Numbered from the stretch's first letter, positions 28,061-37,558 are shown. The stretch: 64,000 nucleotides of DNA from an uncultured Planctomycetota bacterium (GCA_963752285.1 CAVVXN010000005.1:2016001-2080000), one strand, 5' to 3'. Notes: generated from the letters alone by a model not told the origin. Translations and numbers: made by a program.

Positions 28061-30127
28061 ATGAGCGCGAAGCCCGTCGTCTGGCTCGATCGCCTCGGCC
28101 TCGACGGCGCGACGGCAGGTCGTCTTTGCGACGCCGTCGAGGCGTCGGACGGGGACGTCCTCTTGCCCGACGCCCCGGGCGACGCCGCGGCGCTGATCGG
28201 GGCGGGCGTGGTCGCGGCCCGGGACCGGTCCCTCGTCGAGACGGCGCTTCCCGCGATCGTGGCGGACCTTGCCTCACGCGAGTCGTCGCTCGACCCGTTC
28301 CCCCGCGGCGTGTACTGGCACCTCGCGGGGATCGCGGCCTGGCACGCGACGAACGACGTGGCCCGCGCGACCACGTGCTTCAACCGGAGCCTCGCCGACC
28401 TGGAGTCCGCGGGCGGGCCGGCCCGCGCGTACCACCCTCGGGTCCTGGACACGCTCGGTCAGATGCTGCAGCACCAGGGCCTGCTCGACGACGCGCGCCT
28501 CGAGTACGAACGCGCGCTCGAAGGCAAGGAGGCGGTCGGCGACGTCGAGGGCCAGGCGATCACGCTCGGGAACCTCGGCCGCCTCTGCCTCGAGCTCGGC
28601 GACTTCGCAGCCGCGCGGGATCACCTCGTGAAGGACCTGGCGCACGTCGAGCGGTCGAACCCGGCGAACGCGAGGCTCCAGGCGCTCCTCGGGACCCAGA
28701 TCGCGACGGCGCTCCTCGAGACGGGCGAGCTCGACGAGGCGGAGCGAAGGCTCGCGGCGAGCCGCACGCTCGCCGAGGAGGCCGACGACCCCGTGGGCGT
28801 CGCGTTCGCGTCGCTCACCCAGGCGCGCCTCGCGCTCCTCCGGGGCGAGATCGAGATCGCCGGGCGCGAGGTCCACCGGGTCCTCGGGCTCCTGGGCGAT
28901 CGACCGGCTGCACGTCTGCCCGAGGTCGAGGGCCTGGTCCTCGAGCTCGAGGCCGAGGTCGAACGGCGCCGCGGCGCGCCGGGGGCCGCGCGGTCGCTCT
29001 TCGAGCGGGCGTTTGCGAAGTACACGAAGGCCACGCGGATCTCGCCGGTCGAGTGGGCGGAGCTCCTCCGGTCGTGGGCGCTCGCGTGCGAAGAGGACGG
29101 CGCGACGAAGGAGGCGGCGGATCTCCTCCGACGCGCGCTCCGGGCCCTCGACAGGACGAGCGCCGACGAGCTGAGACAGCGTCTCGACCGGCGCCTGTGC
29201 GCGCTCGACGAGTCGGCGTGGTGGCTGCACGGCGCGGGACGGTTCGTCGGCCACCGTGAGATCGAGTCGCTGATCGAGGCGTCGGGCGGGCAGGGCTTTC
29301 GCGGGCACGCCGAGGACGTGGTGGTGCTCTTCTCCGACCTGCGTGGCTTCACGAGCATCAGCGAGCGCCTTCCCCCCGCTACGCTCGTCGAGGTGCTGAA
29401 CGCATACCTCGCGCACATGGTGCGCTGCGTCGAGCACTACGGCGGCAGCGTGGACAAGTTCGTGGGCGACGCGGTGATGGCCGTCTTCTCGGGGTCGTGG
29501 GCCGGCGGCGCCGACGCCGACGCCGCGGTCCACGCCGCGCTCTACATGCAGGCCGAGCTCGAGCGCTTCAACCGCACGCTCTCGCCGGACCTGCCCCGCC
29601 TCGCCGCGGGCGTCGGCGTCCACGCCGGGCCCGTCGTGAAGGGACTCGTGGGGTCGCCGCAGAAGCGCTCCGTGACGGTGCTCGGCGACACCGTCAACAC
29701 GGCCTCGCGACTCGAGGGCATGACGAAGCCCCTGGGCTCCCGCTGCCTGGTGAGCGGGGAGGTCGTCCGGCGGCTCGAGCGTCCCGGCGAGCTGGTCCTC
29801 GCCCCCCTCGGGCCCTTCCGCCCGGCGGGACGCCGGCGCGCCCTCGATGTCCACCACCTCCTCGGCCGCCGGGACGGGAGCGTCGAGGCCCAGAGGCTCG
29901 AGACGGAGGCCGGGGGCGCCCGCGCGGCGCTCGCGCTCCGGGTCTCGGGGGCGGGACCGCAGGCCCGTGAAGCCTATCTTTCCCTCGCCGCGACGTGTCT
30001 CGACCCCGTCCGCGGCCAGGGCTACGAATGGATCGCGGCCCGGGTCGATAGGGTCGGGAGCGCCACCGAGCGCGGTGGGGCGATCCCTGCCCTCGGGGCG
30101 GGAACGATCGAGATGACGGAGAAGTGA
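28061..30127 (+). CDS. TPR-containing class III adenylate/guanylate cyclase
   Basis: TPR helices (LDTLGQML, ITLGNLGRL); cyclase motifs LFSDLRGFT, DKFVGDAVM and TVLGDTVNTASRLE; no TM segment. Confidence 0.9.
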   Translation: MSAKPVVWLDRLGLDGATAGRLCDAVEASDGDVLLPDAPGDAAALIGAGVVAARDRSLVETALPAIVADLASRESSLDPFPRGVYWHLAGIAAWHATNDVARATTCFNRSLADLESAGGPARAYHPRVLDTLGQMLQHQGLLDDARLEYERALEGKEAVGDVEGQAITLGNLGRLCLELGDFAAARDHLVKDLAHVERSNPANARLQALLGTQIATALLETGELDEAERRLAASRTLAEEADDPVGVAFASLTQARLALLRGEIEIAGREVHRVLGLLGDRPAARLPEVEGLVLELEAEVERRRGAPGAARSLFERAFAKYTKATRISPVEWAELLRSWALACEEDGATKEAADLLRRALRALDRTSADELRQRLDRRLCALDESAWWLHGAGRFVGHREIESLIEASGGQGFRGHAEDVVVLFSDLRGFTSISERLPPATLVEVLNAYLAHMVRCVEHYGGSVDKFVGDAVMAVFSGSWAGGADADAAVHAALYMQAELERFNRTLSPDLPRLAAGVGVHAGPVVKGLVGSPQKRSVTVLGDTVNTASRLEGMTKPLGSRCLVSGEVVRRLERPGELVLAPLGPFRPAGRRRALDVHHLLGRRDGSVEAQRLETEAGGARAALALRVSGAGPQAREAYLSLAATCLDPVRGQGYEWIAARVDRVGSATERGGAIPALGAGTIEMTEK

Positions 30128-32535
30128 TGACGATTCTCACCTCGGCAGGCCTGCGTCCGGTGATCGAGCGGGCCCTCGCCCGAGTGCTCGAGCGCGTCTC
30201 CCCGGGCGAGCCGCCCGCGGACCTCGCGGCACAGGCCACGCGCTACGCCCGAACGAAGGGCGAACGCGGAGCCGCGCCGATCGCGGCCGAGCTCGGGCTC
30301 GAGCGCGCGGAGCTCCAGGAGCTCGAGTCGGCGCTCCAGGACGCCGTGCGCACCGCGGCGAGCGTGGACTCGGGCGAGACGGCTTCCGAGCGGAACGCGG
30401 TGCTGGCCTCCGTGCGTCTCCTCTCGTGGTTCGAGACCATCGCCCAGCGCGTCCCGGAGCTGGGGCTCGAGCCCTCGACCGACGCCCTCGCCGCGGAGGA
30501 GCTCGGGCGAAAGCAGGTCCGGGCCCTCGAGCTGATCGTGAGGAGCCTCGTCACCGAGAGCTACGGCAGCCAGGACGCCCTGGTCGCGCGGCTTCGCGCG
30601 GCGCTCGACCAGCGCGTCGTGGAACGTTGGCAGAAGACCGCCGACCCGGGCGACGTGCTGAGCGGCTGCTCCTTCTCGGAGCTCGCCAGCCTCTTCACGA
30701 GCTCGGAGGAGTTCCAGCGCTACGAGAAGCTGTACGAGGACACGCCGTTCCTCACGCTCCTCCGCGAGCGGCGCCGAACGATCCAGGCGTTCCTCGACGA
30801 CGTGCGGCGCATCCGCAACGTCCTCGCGCACCACAAGCGGGTCACGAACCTGCAGCTCACCCTCCTCGACCTCTACTACGACGAGATCGTCGCGCCCGTC
30901 CGGACCGCGCACGAGCGCGGCGAGACGAAGGTGGACCCGGCGCGATTCCTCGACGTTTCGAAGGAGGAGCTCGAGGCGTGGTTCTCGGGACTCGAGGAGG
31001 ACCTCCGCGAGGTGAAGGACGACCTCCGTTCGCTTCGCGCGTCGCTGCTGGCGTCGCTCGGGCGAGTCGAGGGCGACGTCTCGGAGATCCGCCGCCGGAG
31101 CGTCGGGACGAGCCGTCGCCTCGGCTGGGTCGGCGCGGGGCTGGTGGTCGTGCTGGGACTCTCAGCTTGGCTCGTCCTCCGCGGCGGGAAGACCGAGGAG
31201 ATGGTCGCGCACGCCGGCGATGCGGCCACGCGCGCGGCGGAGGCCGGCGAGGCGGCGGCGAGCACGGCCCGCGACACCGCCGCGCGCGTCGAGCAGGGCG
31301 TGGAGCGCACCGCCGTGGCGACCGCGAAGCTCGCCGAGACCCTCGACGAGCTGCGCGACGGCTTCAAGTCGATCGCCCACTCCGGCGGCGTGGTGGCCGA
31401 ACCCACCCGCCCGCAGGAGTGGTACCACAACGCACGCACGTTCGAGCAGCGCGGCGACGTCGTGCAGGCGCTCGACGCTTACCGCCACTACTTCGCGTAC
31501 GCCGAGCTCCCCTTCGTGGACCCCCACCAGGAGTACCAGTCCCTCGTGAAGCTCCAGAACGGCATCGGCGGCGCGCGCGAGGTCTATGACCAGATGCGCC
31601 GCCGCGAGGGCGCCTCGCCCGTCTTCGAGCTGATGTGGGACGTGCTCCTCGAGCACGACCAGCGCGTGGCCGCCCTCGGCCGGTTCATCGAGAAGAACCC
31701 CGACTGGGCGCCCGCGGTCTACGAGCTGAGCCTCGACTACTCGGAGGCGCGCCTCGGCTCGCAGTCGCTCGAGGACAAGAAGGAGGAACGGGACCTCCTC
31801 CAGGAGTTCCTGACGCTCCACGACGAGGGACACCTGCTCGGCTACTTCCTCGACCAGAGCGTCGCGGCTGAGGAGATCGCCGACGCGCGGCGCCGGCTCG
31901 CGCGCCTCGCCACGCTCGCGCCCGAGGTCGTGGAGAAGCCGGTCCGGCTCACGGCCATGCACAGCGGCCAGGGGTGGATGGTCACCCTCTCGATCGCGGA
32001 GCTGGCGAAGGAGATCTTCGTCCGGGTCGGGGACGAGGGCGCGTTCAAGAGCACGGGCTTCGTCCCGGGCGTCGTGTCGGTCTCGGGGCTCCCCGTCCCC
32101 CGTCCCCTCGTGGAGCTCTCGGGCTCGGAGCCGACGGTACTCCACGTGAAGTACGTGGACGCGCACGGCGGCGAGCACGGTCCCTACGACGTCCCCTTCG
32201 ACCCCGACGTGCAGATGCTCGAGGGCACGAAGAACGTCCTCGAGATGACCAAGAACTCGTGGCTCGCCTTCGGCGACCAGGACTCCGGTAAGGTCCTGCT
32301 CTACTTCACGCACCTGCTCTCGTGGCGGGCCGGCGTCGCCGAGATCCACTACGCGCTCGACGCGGACACCCCCGAGACTTCGTTCCCCGTGCCCGCGGTG
32401 GACCCCAAGAACCCGAACGCCATCGGCCCGGACGACCAGGTCTACGTCGAAGTCCCCCCCGAGACGAGGTACGCGACGGTCCAGGTCACGTTCCGCGACG
32501 GCACGACGTCCGACGTGGTGAAGATCACCCGCTGA
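30124..32535 (+). CDS. Membrane-anchored HEPN-domain protein (STY4199/Swt1-like HEPN, TM, extracytoplasmic TPR-like and beta domains)
   Basis: ALELIVRSLV...FSEL...RRIRNVLAHH (RxxxxH at 30814-30831); TM at ~31120-31179; start overlaps the cyclase stop. Confidence 0.7.
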   Translation: MMTILTSAGLRPVIERALARVLERVSPGEPPADLAAQATRYARTKGERGAAPIAAELGLERAELQELESALQDAVRTAASVDSGETASERNAVLASVRLLSWFETIAQRVPELGLEPSTDALAAEELGRKQVRALELIVRSLVTESYGSQDALVARLRAALDQRVVERWQKTADPGDVLSGCSFSELASLFTSSEEFQRYEKLYEDTPFLTLLRERRRTIQAFLDDVRRIRNVLAHHKRVTNLQLTLLDLYYDEIVAPVRTAHERGETKVDPARFLDVSKEELEAWFSGLEEDLREVKDDLRSLRASLLASLGRVEGDVSEIRRRSVGTSRRLGWVGAGLVVVLGLSAWLVLRGGKTEEMVAHAGDAATRAAEAGEAAASTARDTAARVEQGVERTAVATAKLAETLDELRDGFKSIAHSGGVVAEPTRPQEWYHNARTFEQRGDVVQALDAYRHYFAYAELPFVDPHQEYQSLVKLQNGIGGAREVYDQMRRREGASPVFELMWDVLLEHDQRVAALGRFIEKNPDWAPAVYELSLDYSEARLGSQSLEDKKEERDLLQEFLTLHDEGHLLGYFLDQSVAAEEIADARRRLARLATLAPEVVEKPVRLTAMHSGQGWMVTLSIAELAKEIFVRVGDEGAFKSTGFVPGVVSVSGLPVPRPLVELSGSEPTVLHVKYVDAHGGEHGPYDVPFDPDVQMLEGTKNVLEMTKNSWLAFGDQDSGKVLLYFTHLLSWRAGVAEIHYALDADTPETSFPVPAVDPKNPNAIGPDDQVYVEVPPETRYATVQVTFRDGTTSDVVKITR

Positions 32536-32589
32536 CCGCGCGTCGCCCGTGATCACCCGGCCGCCGCCCGCGTAGCGACGCACGGGGGG

Positions 32590-32810
32590 ATTCCCTGCTC
32601 GCGTCACCGGGCGTCGCGACGCTCGGCGACGCGGATCGCCACGCCGATGTCCTCGAGGACGTGCTCGGTGGGATTCCCGATCTCGCCGGCAACCCCTGGT
32701 ACGACCCCCACACGGCGGTCCTCGTGCGAGAGCATGGGATCCGGGGCATCGCCACGCGTGACACCGACTTCCATCGGTTGCGATTCTTGGAGGCGTTCGA
32801 CCCCCCGTGC
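32590..32810 (+). pseudogene. C-terminal remnant of a PIN-domain (VapC) toxin
   Basis: LLASPG..RHADV..LAGNPWYDPHTAVLVREHGIRGIATRDTDFHRLRFL resembles a VapC C-terminus; the N-terminal half and antitoxin are absent. Confidence 0.65.
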
Positions 32811-32928
32811 CTGGAGGCGATCCCTCTCGTGGCGAGCTCGTGCGGGCTGCGGGTTGGCGAGCGCGTCGAGCCTGGGGACCTGGCCGGCGCCGGTTCGGCA
32901 GCGCCGAGGGCCATGAGAGGATCTCCGC

Positions 32929-33378
32929 ATGCACGACGTCTTCGACGCAGCCCAGGGAGAGAGCATCGTCGCCCGGCTCGAGGCCCTCCGCCCGAACGCC
33001 GTCCGGGCGTGGGGGAAGATGGACGTCGCGCAGATGCTCGCCCACTGCGCCGTCGCGGTCGAGGCGGCGAACGGCGATCGGCCGATGAAGCAGATCTTCC
33101 TCGGCAAGATCCTCCGTCCCTTCGTGTGGAAGTCCTTCGTCGGCCCGAAGCCGTACGCCCGGAACGCGCCGACGGGTCGCGCGCTCCTCGTGAGCGACGA
33201 GCGGGACTTCGCGACCGAGAAGGCCCGTCTCCTGGCAGCGCTCCAGCGGCTCCGCGAGGCCGGACCCGAGCGTGCGGCACAGTATCCCCACGGCTTCCTC
33301 GGCAAGCTGACCGGCGAAGAGTGGGGATGCGTCCAGTGGAAGCACCTGGACCATCATCTGCGCCAGTTCGGCGCCTGA
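32929..33378 (+). CDS. DUF1569 (DinB-like) protein
   Basis: WGKMDVAQMLAHC, HGFLGKLT..EW and KHLDHHLRQFG motifs. Confidence 0.88.
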   Translation: MHDVFDAAQGESIVARLEALRPNAVRAWGKMDVAQMLAHCAVAVEAANGDRPMKQIFLGKILRPFVWKSFVGPKPYARNAPTGRALLVSDERDFATEKARLLAALQRLREAGPERAAQYPHGFLGKLTGEEWGCVQWKHLDHHLRQFGA

Positions 33379-33498
33379 CCCGTCCCGGATGCGCCTGTCC
33401 GGCGCGATGAAGACCCTCGACCCCCGGAGTCGCCCGGCGCGGGAGAACGCCCCGGCCCCCGGCCCAACGACGCTCCTTCCCGGGCCGTGCCCTCGCCC

Positions 33499-34341
33499 TC
33501 AGCAGCGCGTGCGCATCGACTCGCGCGCGCGCTCCGCGGCGGCCGGGGAGTCGAACTTCTTGGCTCGCTCCCACAGCTTCGCGATGTGGGCCACCGCGTC
33601 CGGGGTCTTGCACGCGGTCTCGCCGTGGTCCACCGCGACGGGGCCGATACGCTTCGCGGCGGCCGTCGAGAGCTTGCGCAGGGCCGCGCTGCGTCCGCCG
33701 ATCGCGATCAGCGCCGCGTTCATCGCCGCACGCTCGACGCTGGGCGCCTCGTGGATCTTCGTTTCGATCTCCACGAGACGCTTCGCGAACCGTTCGTCGG
33801 ATGCCTTCTCGTCGAGGTTCGCCAGCGAGGCGATCAGGGTCCAGCCCACCGCCCGCAGCTCCGGATCGGACGAGGCGAGCCACTCGCGCTCCTTCGTGGC
33901 TCCGAGCGGCCCCTCCGCCGCCAGCGCTGCGATGTACATGCTGCACATGCGCATGCTGTTCTCCTTCGCCCAGCGGTCGAGGTCGGACGAGCGGATCCTG
34001 GCCGGGTCGGCGATCTTCATCGCCAAGTTGCGCGCGTCCTGGTTCTTCGTCTTCCACAGAGCCAGCGCGAGCTCCTGGTCCACGCCGATCCGGTCGAGGA
34101 GCACCTTGAGCGTCCCGAACTGGACGCCGAACATCGGCTCCTTCGCGCCGTGGCGCGCGTAGATCTTCTTCGTCTTCTCGGACCCGGCCTTCTCGAGCGC
34201 ACGCATCACCTCGTCGAGGGTCATGCGCGCGGCCGCGGGCCTCCCGGCCGACTTGGCGGCCGACTTGGCGGCCGGATTCGCGGCCTTCCCCGAGGGCTTC
34301 TTGGTCTGCTTCGTCTGCTTGCCGGTTCGTGCGGTGGCCAT
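33499..34341 (-). CDS. DNA alkylation repair (AlkD-like HEAT) protein
   Basis: IYARHGA..MFGV..L, LALALW..DARNLA and VDHGETACKTPDA motifs; Lys/Ala-rich N-terminal tail. Confidence 0.85.
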   Translation of the reverse strand: MATARTGKQTKQTKKPSGKAANPAAKSAAKSAGRPAAARMTLDEVMRALEKAGSEKTKKIYARHGAKEPMFGVQFGTLKVLLDRIGVDQELALALWKTKNQDARNLAMKIADPARIRSSDLDRWAKENSMRMCSMYIAALAAEGPLGATKEREWLASSDPELRAVGWTLIASLANLDEKASDERFAKRLVEIETKIHEAPSVERAAMNAALIAIGGRSAALRKLSTAAAKRIGPVAVDHGETACKTPDAVAHIAKLWERAKKFDSPAAAERARESMRTRC

Positions 34342-34554
34342 TCCGGGATTCTACGGGGCCGCGTGCATCCGCTGGCCGACCCCGCGCGCGGGACGGTCAG
34401 ACCCTCGCGGATCGCGATGCCCTGGCCGCCGACGCGAGCCACGCCCCGGTCCACGCGAGGTCCCGCGACGGCACGCCGTCCGGGGGGCGGGGGGGCGCCC
34501 ACGGACCGCCCGCCCTCCGCCCGGCTCGGCGCGCGGGCGCCCGGACGGCCGGGG

Positions 34555-35583
34555 CTACTTCGCCTGTGCGAAGTGCTCCTGGAGCCCCCCGAGGACCTGC
34601 GGCCAGGCGTTCGCGAAGTAGGCTCGGGTCTGGCGCCACTCGTCGGCGCGGTCGGGGTCGGCGGCCGCGCGGTCGGCGAAGCCCTCGTGCGTGAGGCGGA
34701 CCCGGGTGCGCCCGGGCGCCTCCGTCTCGAGCTCGAGCACGACGAGCGTCCGCGCGGCGCGCGCGTGCGGGAACTTCGGCGGCGCGTTCCACGTGAACGA
34801 GAGCATGCGCCCGGGGAGCCACGACTGGACGGTGCAGCCCTCCGACCCGCGGCGGCCCTCCGGGGCGTTCGGGACGAAGAGGATCTCGAAACGCCCGCCG
34901 GGGGCGAGGTCGATCCGGGCCTCGACGCCGAGGAAGGCCTTCCAGCCCTCCGCGGTCGAGAGCGCGCGGAACACCTCGTCCTGTGATCCGGCCACGACCG
35001 CCGTGGCCTCGATGGGGTCGAGCGCGTCGTCGGCCCCGTCCGCGTGCGGGGGTGGATAGCGCGACGCGAGGTGCTCGAGGACCTCGGCGTTCCCCCGCTC
35101 GAAGAAGGCGCGCATCTGCCGGGACGCCTCGTCCGTTCCGTATCCGTAGCCTCGAAGCGTCAGACGAGTCCGGCCCTCGCCGAGGTCGTTCAGCGTCACG
35201 ACCGACCACATCCGGTCGAGCACGTCCTGCGGGAACGGGAAGCCCTTCGGCGCCCGCGTCGCCTGGAACGCGAACGTGCGCAGCGGCTCGTACGCGAGGA
35301 TCGTGTTCTCGATCGTGTGCTCGTCGCCCAGCGTGGCCTGCGGGTCGTAGGTCGTGAGGATCTTCCCGCCGACACGGAAGTCGACGCGCGCCTTCGCGAC
35401 GCCGAGGGCTTTCCATCCGTCCGCCGTGGCGAAGAGGTCCCAGACCTGCTCCAGCGTGGCGCCGAGCTCGACCTCCGCCACGGCCGGCGCGGGATCGGGC
35501 TCCGGGCCCCCTCCCGGCGCCGCCGCGGCGACGGGAACGAAAAGGAGGAGGGCGACGAACAGAGCGACGGTGGCCGGTCTCAT
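34555..35583 (-). CDS. Secreted tandem SRPBCC/AHSA1-domain protein
   Basis: Signal peptide; two repeats of V(W/F)....ADGWKA..G..A.(V/I)D...GG; RTRLTL and RTRVRLTH strands. Confidence 0.8.
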   Translation of the reverse strand: MRPATVALFVALLLFVPVAAAAPGGGPEPDPAPAVAEVELGATLEQVWDLFATADGWKALGVAKARVDFRVGGKILTTYDPQATLGDEHTIENTILAYEPLRTFAFQATRAPKGFPFPQDVLDRMWSVVTLNDLGEGRTRLTLRGYGYGTDEASRQMRAFFERGNAEVLEHLASRYPPPHADGADDALDPIEATAVVAGSQDEVFRALSTAEGWKAFLGVEARIDLAPGGRFEILFVPNAPEGRRGSEGCTVQSWLPGRMLSFTWNAPPKFPHARAARTLVVLELETEAPGRTRVRLTHEGFADRAAADPDRADEWRQTRAYFANAWPQVLGGLQEHFAQAK

Positions 35584-36227
35584 GGTCGGGTTCCCTTCCG
35601 CGGCCGGCGTGCGCTCCCCCGCGTGCCGCGCGGGGGGCGCGCGGACGCCTGGAGGAGCTCGAGGTGGCCGCGCAGCACGGCGACGGACTGGTCGAAGGGG
35701 CGAAGCGACCCGGACGCCCGGACCTGCATCACGCCCCCCTCCATGACGGTGAGCACGAACGTCGCGAGGGCCTCCCGATCGGTTCGCGGCGGCAGCCGAT
35801 CGCCGGCCTCCTCGAGCCAGCGCTGGACGGTCTCGCGCCAGCGTCTGAAGTTCTGCTCGATGAGCGGCCGGACGTCCGGATGGTCGTCGCTCACTTCGAG
35901 CGCGAGGTTCCCGATCGGACATCCCATCCGACAGCCGCTTCGGACGAGCTCCGACCGGTAGAAGGCGAGCAGCGCGAGGACCCGGAGGAGAGGATCCCGC
36001 TCGGCGCGTTCCACGGGCGCGGTGACGATCGGCTCGAGCAGCGTCGTGTAGTGCTCGAGGACGCCCTGGAGGAGCGCCTCCTTGGAGGGGAAGAAGTGGT
36101 AGAGGCTCCCGGGATGGGCCCCGGACTCGCGGAGGATCGTGGCGATGCCCGTGGCCGCGTACCCCTGCTCGTGAAACAGGCGGCGCGCGGCATCGAGGAT
36201 GGCGGTCCGGGTCTCGCTCTCGGTCAC
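35580..36227 (-). CDS. TetR/AcrR-family transcriptional regulator (NemR/LmrA-like)
   Basis: ILDAARRLFHEQGYAATGI..GSLYHFFPSKE HTH; GCPIGNLALE motif. Confidence 0.92.
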   Translation of the reverse strand: MTESETRTAILDAARRLFHEQGYAATGIATILRESGAHPGSLYHFFPSKEALLQGVLEHYTTLLEPIVTAPVERAERDPLLRVLALLAFYRSELVRSGCRMGCPIGNLALEVSDDHPDVRPLIEQNFRRWRETVQRWLEEAGDRLPPRTDREALATFVLTVMEGGVMQVRASGSLRPFDQSVAVLRGHLELLQASARPPRGTRGSARRPRKGTRP

Positions 36228-36234
36228 GACGGAC

Positions 36235-36250
36235 TTGAACGATCGCTCAA
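36235..36250. promoter_or_regulatory. Putative TetR autoregulatory operator
   Basis: Palindrome TTGAACGATCGCTCAA (7 of 8 pairs) lies 7 bp upstream of the TetR start. Confidence 0.6.
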
Positions 36251-36470
36251 CACCGCCGAAAGGTCAAGCGCGCGGGTTCGGTGGAGAGGGGGGCCTCCTG
36301 GGCCCCCGCCCCGCCGGCCACGTCCGCGGCGCGGGCGAGAGCGGCCCGTACGCGGCGAGCCATAGCCCGACCCGTGCCCCCGCCGTCGCCCGGCCCGAAC
36401 CGGCGCCGGCATCGCCTACCAGGGCCCGGGCCGCGCTCGACCCGGCCCGCCGCTCTGTGAAGACGCGGTC

Positions 36471-36621
36471 CGCGCCGAACGTTCGGCCATGCCGACCGGT
36501 CCGTCGGGATTGGGCGGACTCCGCTCCGGCACGTCGCACGAAACAGGGCTCTGGCCTCGATTGTAAAGATGCGCCCCGCGCCGAACGTTCGGCAATACCG
36601 ACCGGTCGGTCGGGATTGGGC
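36471..36621. repeat. Two 45-bp direct repeats, each holding two palindromes
   Basis: Copies at 36471-36515 and 36577-36621 are 42/45 identical with a 61-bp spacer; they contain GCCGAACGTTCGGC and (A)CCGACCGGTCGG(T). Confidence 0.85.
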
Positions 36622-36783
36622 CCCGGCGTCCGGACGAGCCCACGTGGTCGGCGTGCTTCGCCGCACCCCACCGCGAGGATCGCGGGGCACTCGGCCGGCC
36701 CGTCCGACGGGGTCCACGTCGTCGTGGCCCTCGCGTCGCCTGAACCGGATCCGGGACCGCGGCCCACTACCTTCTGAGCGACC

Positions 36784-37480
36784 ATGGCCGTCCGTTCGGT
36801 TCCTCCGCCCGATGCACGGGTCCGGCACACGGACTTCGTCCGTGCGGCCGCCCGCGCGGCCCTGGGCGGGGACGAGTGGGTCGACGACGTCGTCCAGGAG
36901 ACCTGGCTCGTGGCCCTTCGCGGCGGGGCCCGTCGGGCTCGCGTGCTCCGGGCGGGGCTGGGCGGCGTGGCCTGGCGACAGGCGAAGGCCGTGCTCCGTC
37001 AACGGACGGCCGAGCGCAGGCGCGACCGGCGCGCGGCCCGTGCGGCGCACGCCGAATCCACGTCGGACGCCGTCGTGCGAGCCGAGACGGGGCGGCGCCT
37101 CGTCGCGGCGGTCCTGGCGCTCGAGGAGCCCTACCGGACCGCCGTGCTGCTCCGCTACCAAGACGACCTGCCTCCCCGGGAGATCGCACACCCGCGGGGG
37201 TCCCCGTCGAGGCCGAGTTCATCGACGCGCGAAGCATGGAGCCGATCTCGGGACCGCTCCAGGTCGAGTTGCACCCCGCCGGGGGACGGGGCTGGGCCCT
37301 CATGGTGCCCGTCCCGGGAACGCCGGGCCTTTGCCGTTCCGTCGAGCCGTTCGCCCCGGGCGAGCACGTGGTCCGGGCTTCGGGGAAGGGCTGGCGACCG
37401 CTCGACGCCCACGTCCCCTGGGCGTGGGGTGCAGGAATCCCCCGCGCACGCATGCCGATGGAGCGCGAGGAGCCGCCGAA
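36784..37480 (+). pseudogene. Degenerate ECF sigma factor fused by frameshift/deletion to a C-terminal fragment
   Basis: DDVVQETWLVAL (sigma2) and LALEEPYRTAVLLRY..LPPREIA (sigma4); GVPVE continues in another frame, then the HTH is replaced by unrelated beta-rich sequence. Confidence 0.7.
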
Positions 37481-37558
37481 CGCGCCGGGCTGGGGCTCCC
37501 GGCGAAGACCGCGCCCTCCGGAAGGACGAGGACGGCGGCGACGCGCCCGGTCGGATCG

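Noticed and set aside
28061..32535. Canonical Pycsar or CBASS
   Set aside because: The cyclase has adenine-type Lys/Thr specificity residues and a TPR array. The partner shows no cNMP-binding, TIR, SAVED or CARF domain, and there is no CD-NTase.
34245..34325. Short direct repeats in the AlkD-like 5' end as a separate element
   Set aside because: They simply encode a low-complexity KQTKQTKK/AAKSAAKS tail.
36471..36621. Mini-CRISPR or LexA SOS boxes
   Set aside because: There are only two repeats, a 61-bp spacer and no cas genes. GAACGTTC lacks the 4-nt spacer of the GAAC-N4-GTTC box.
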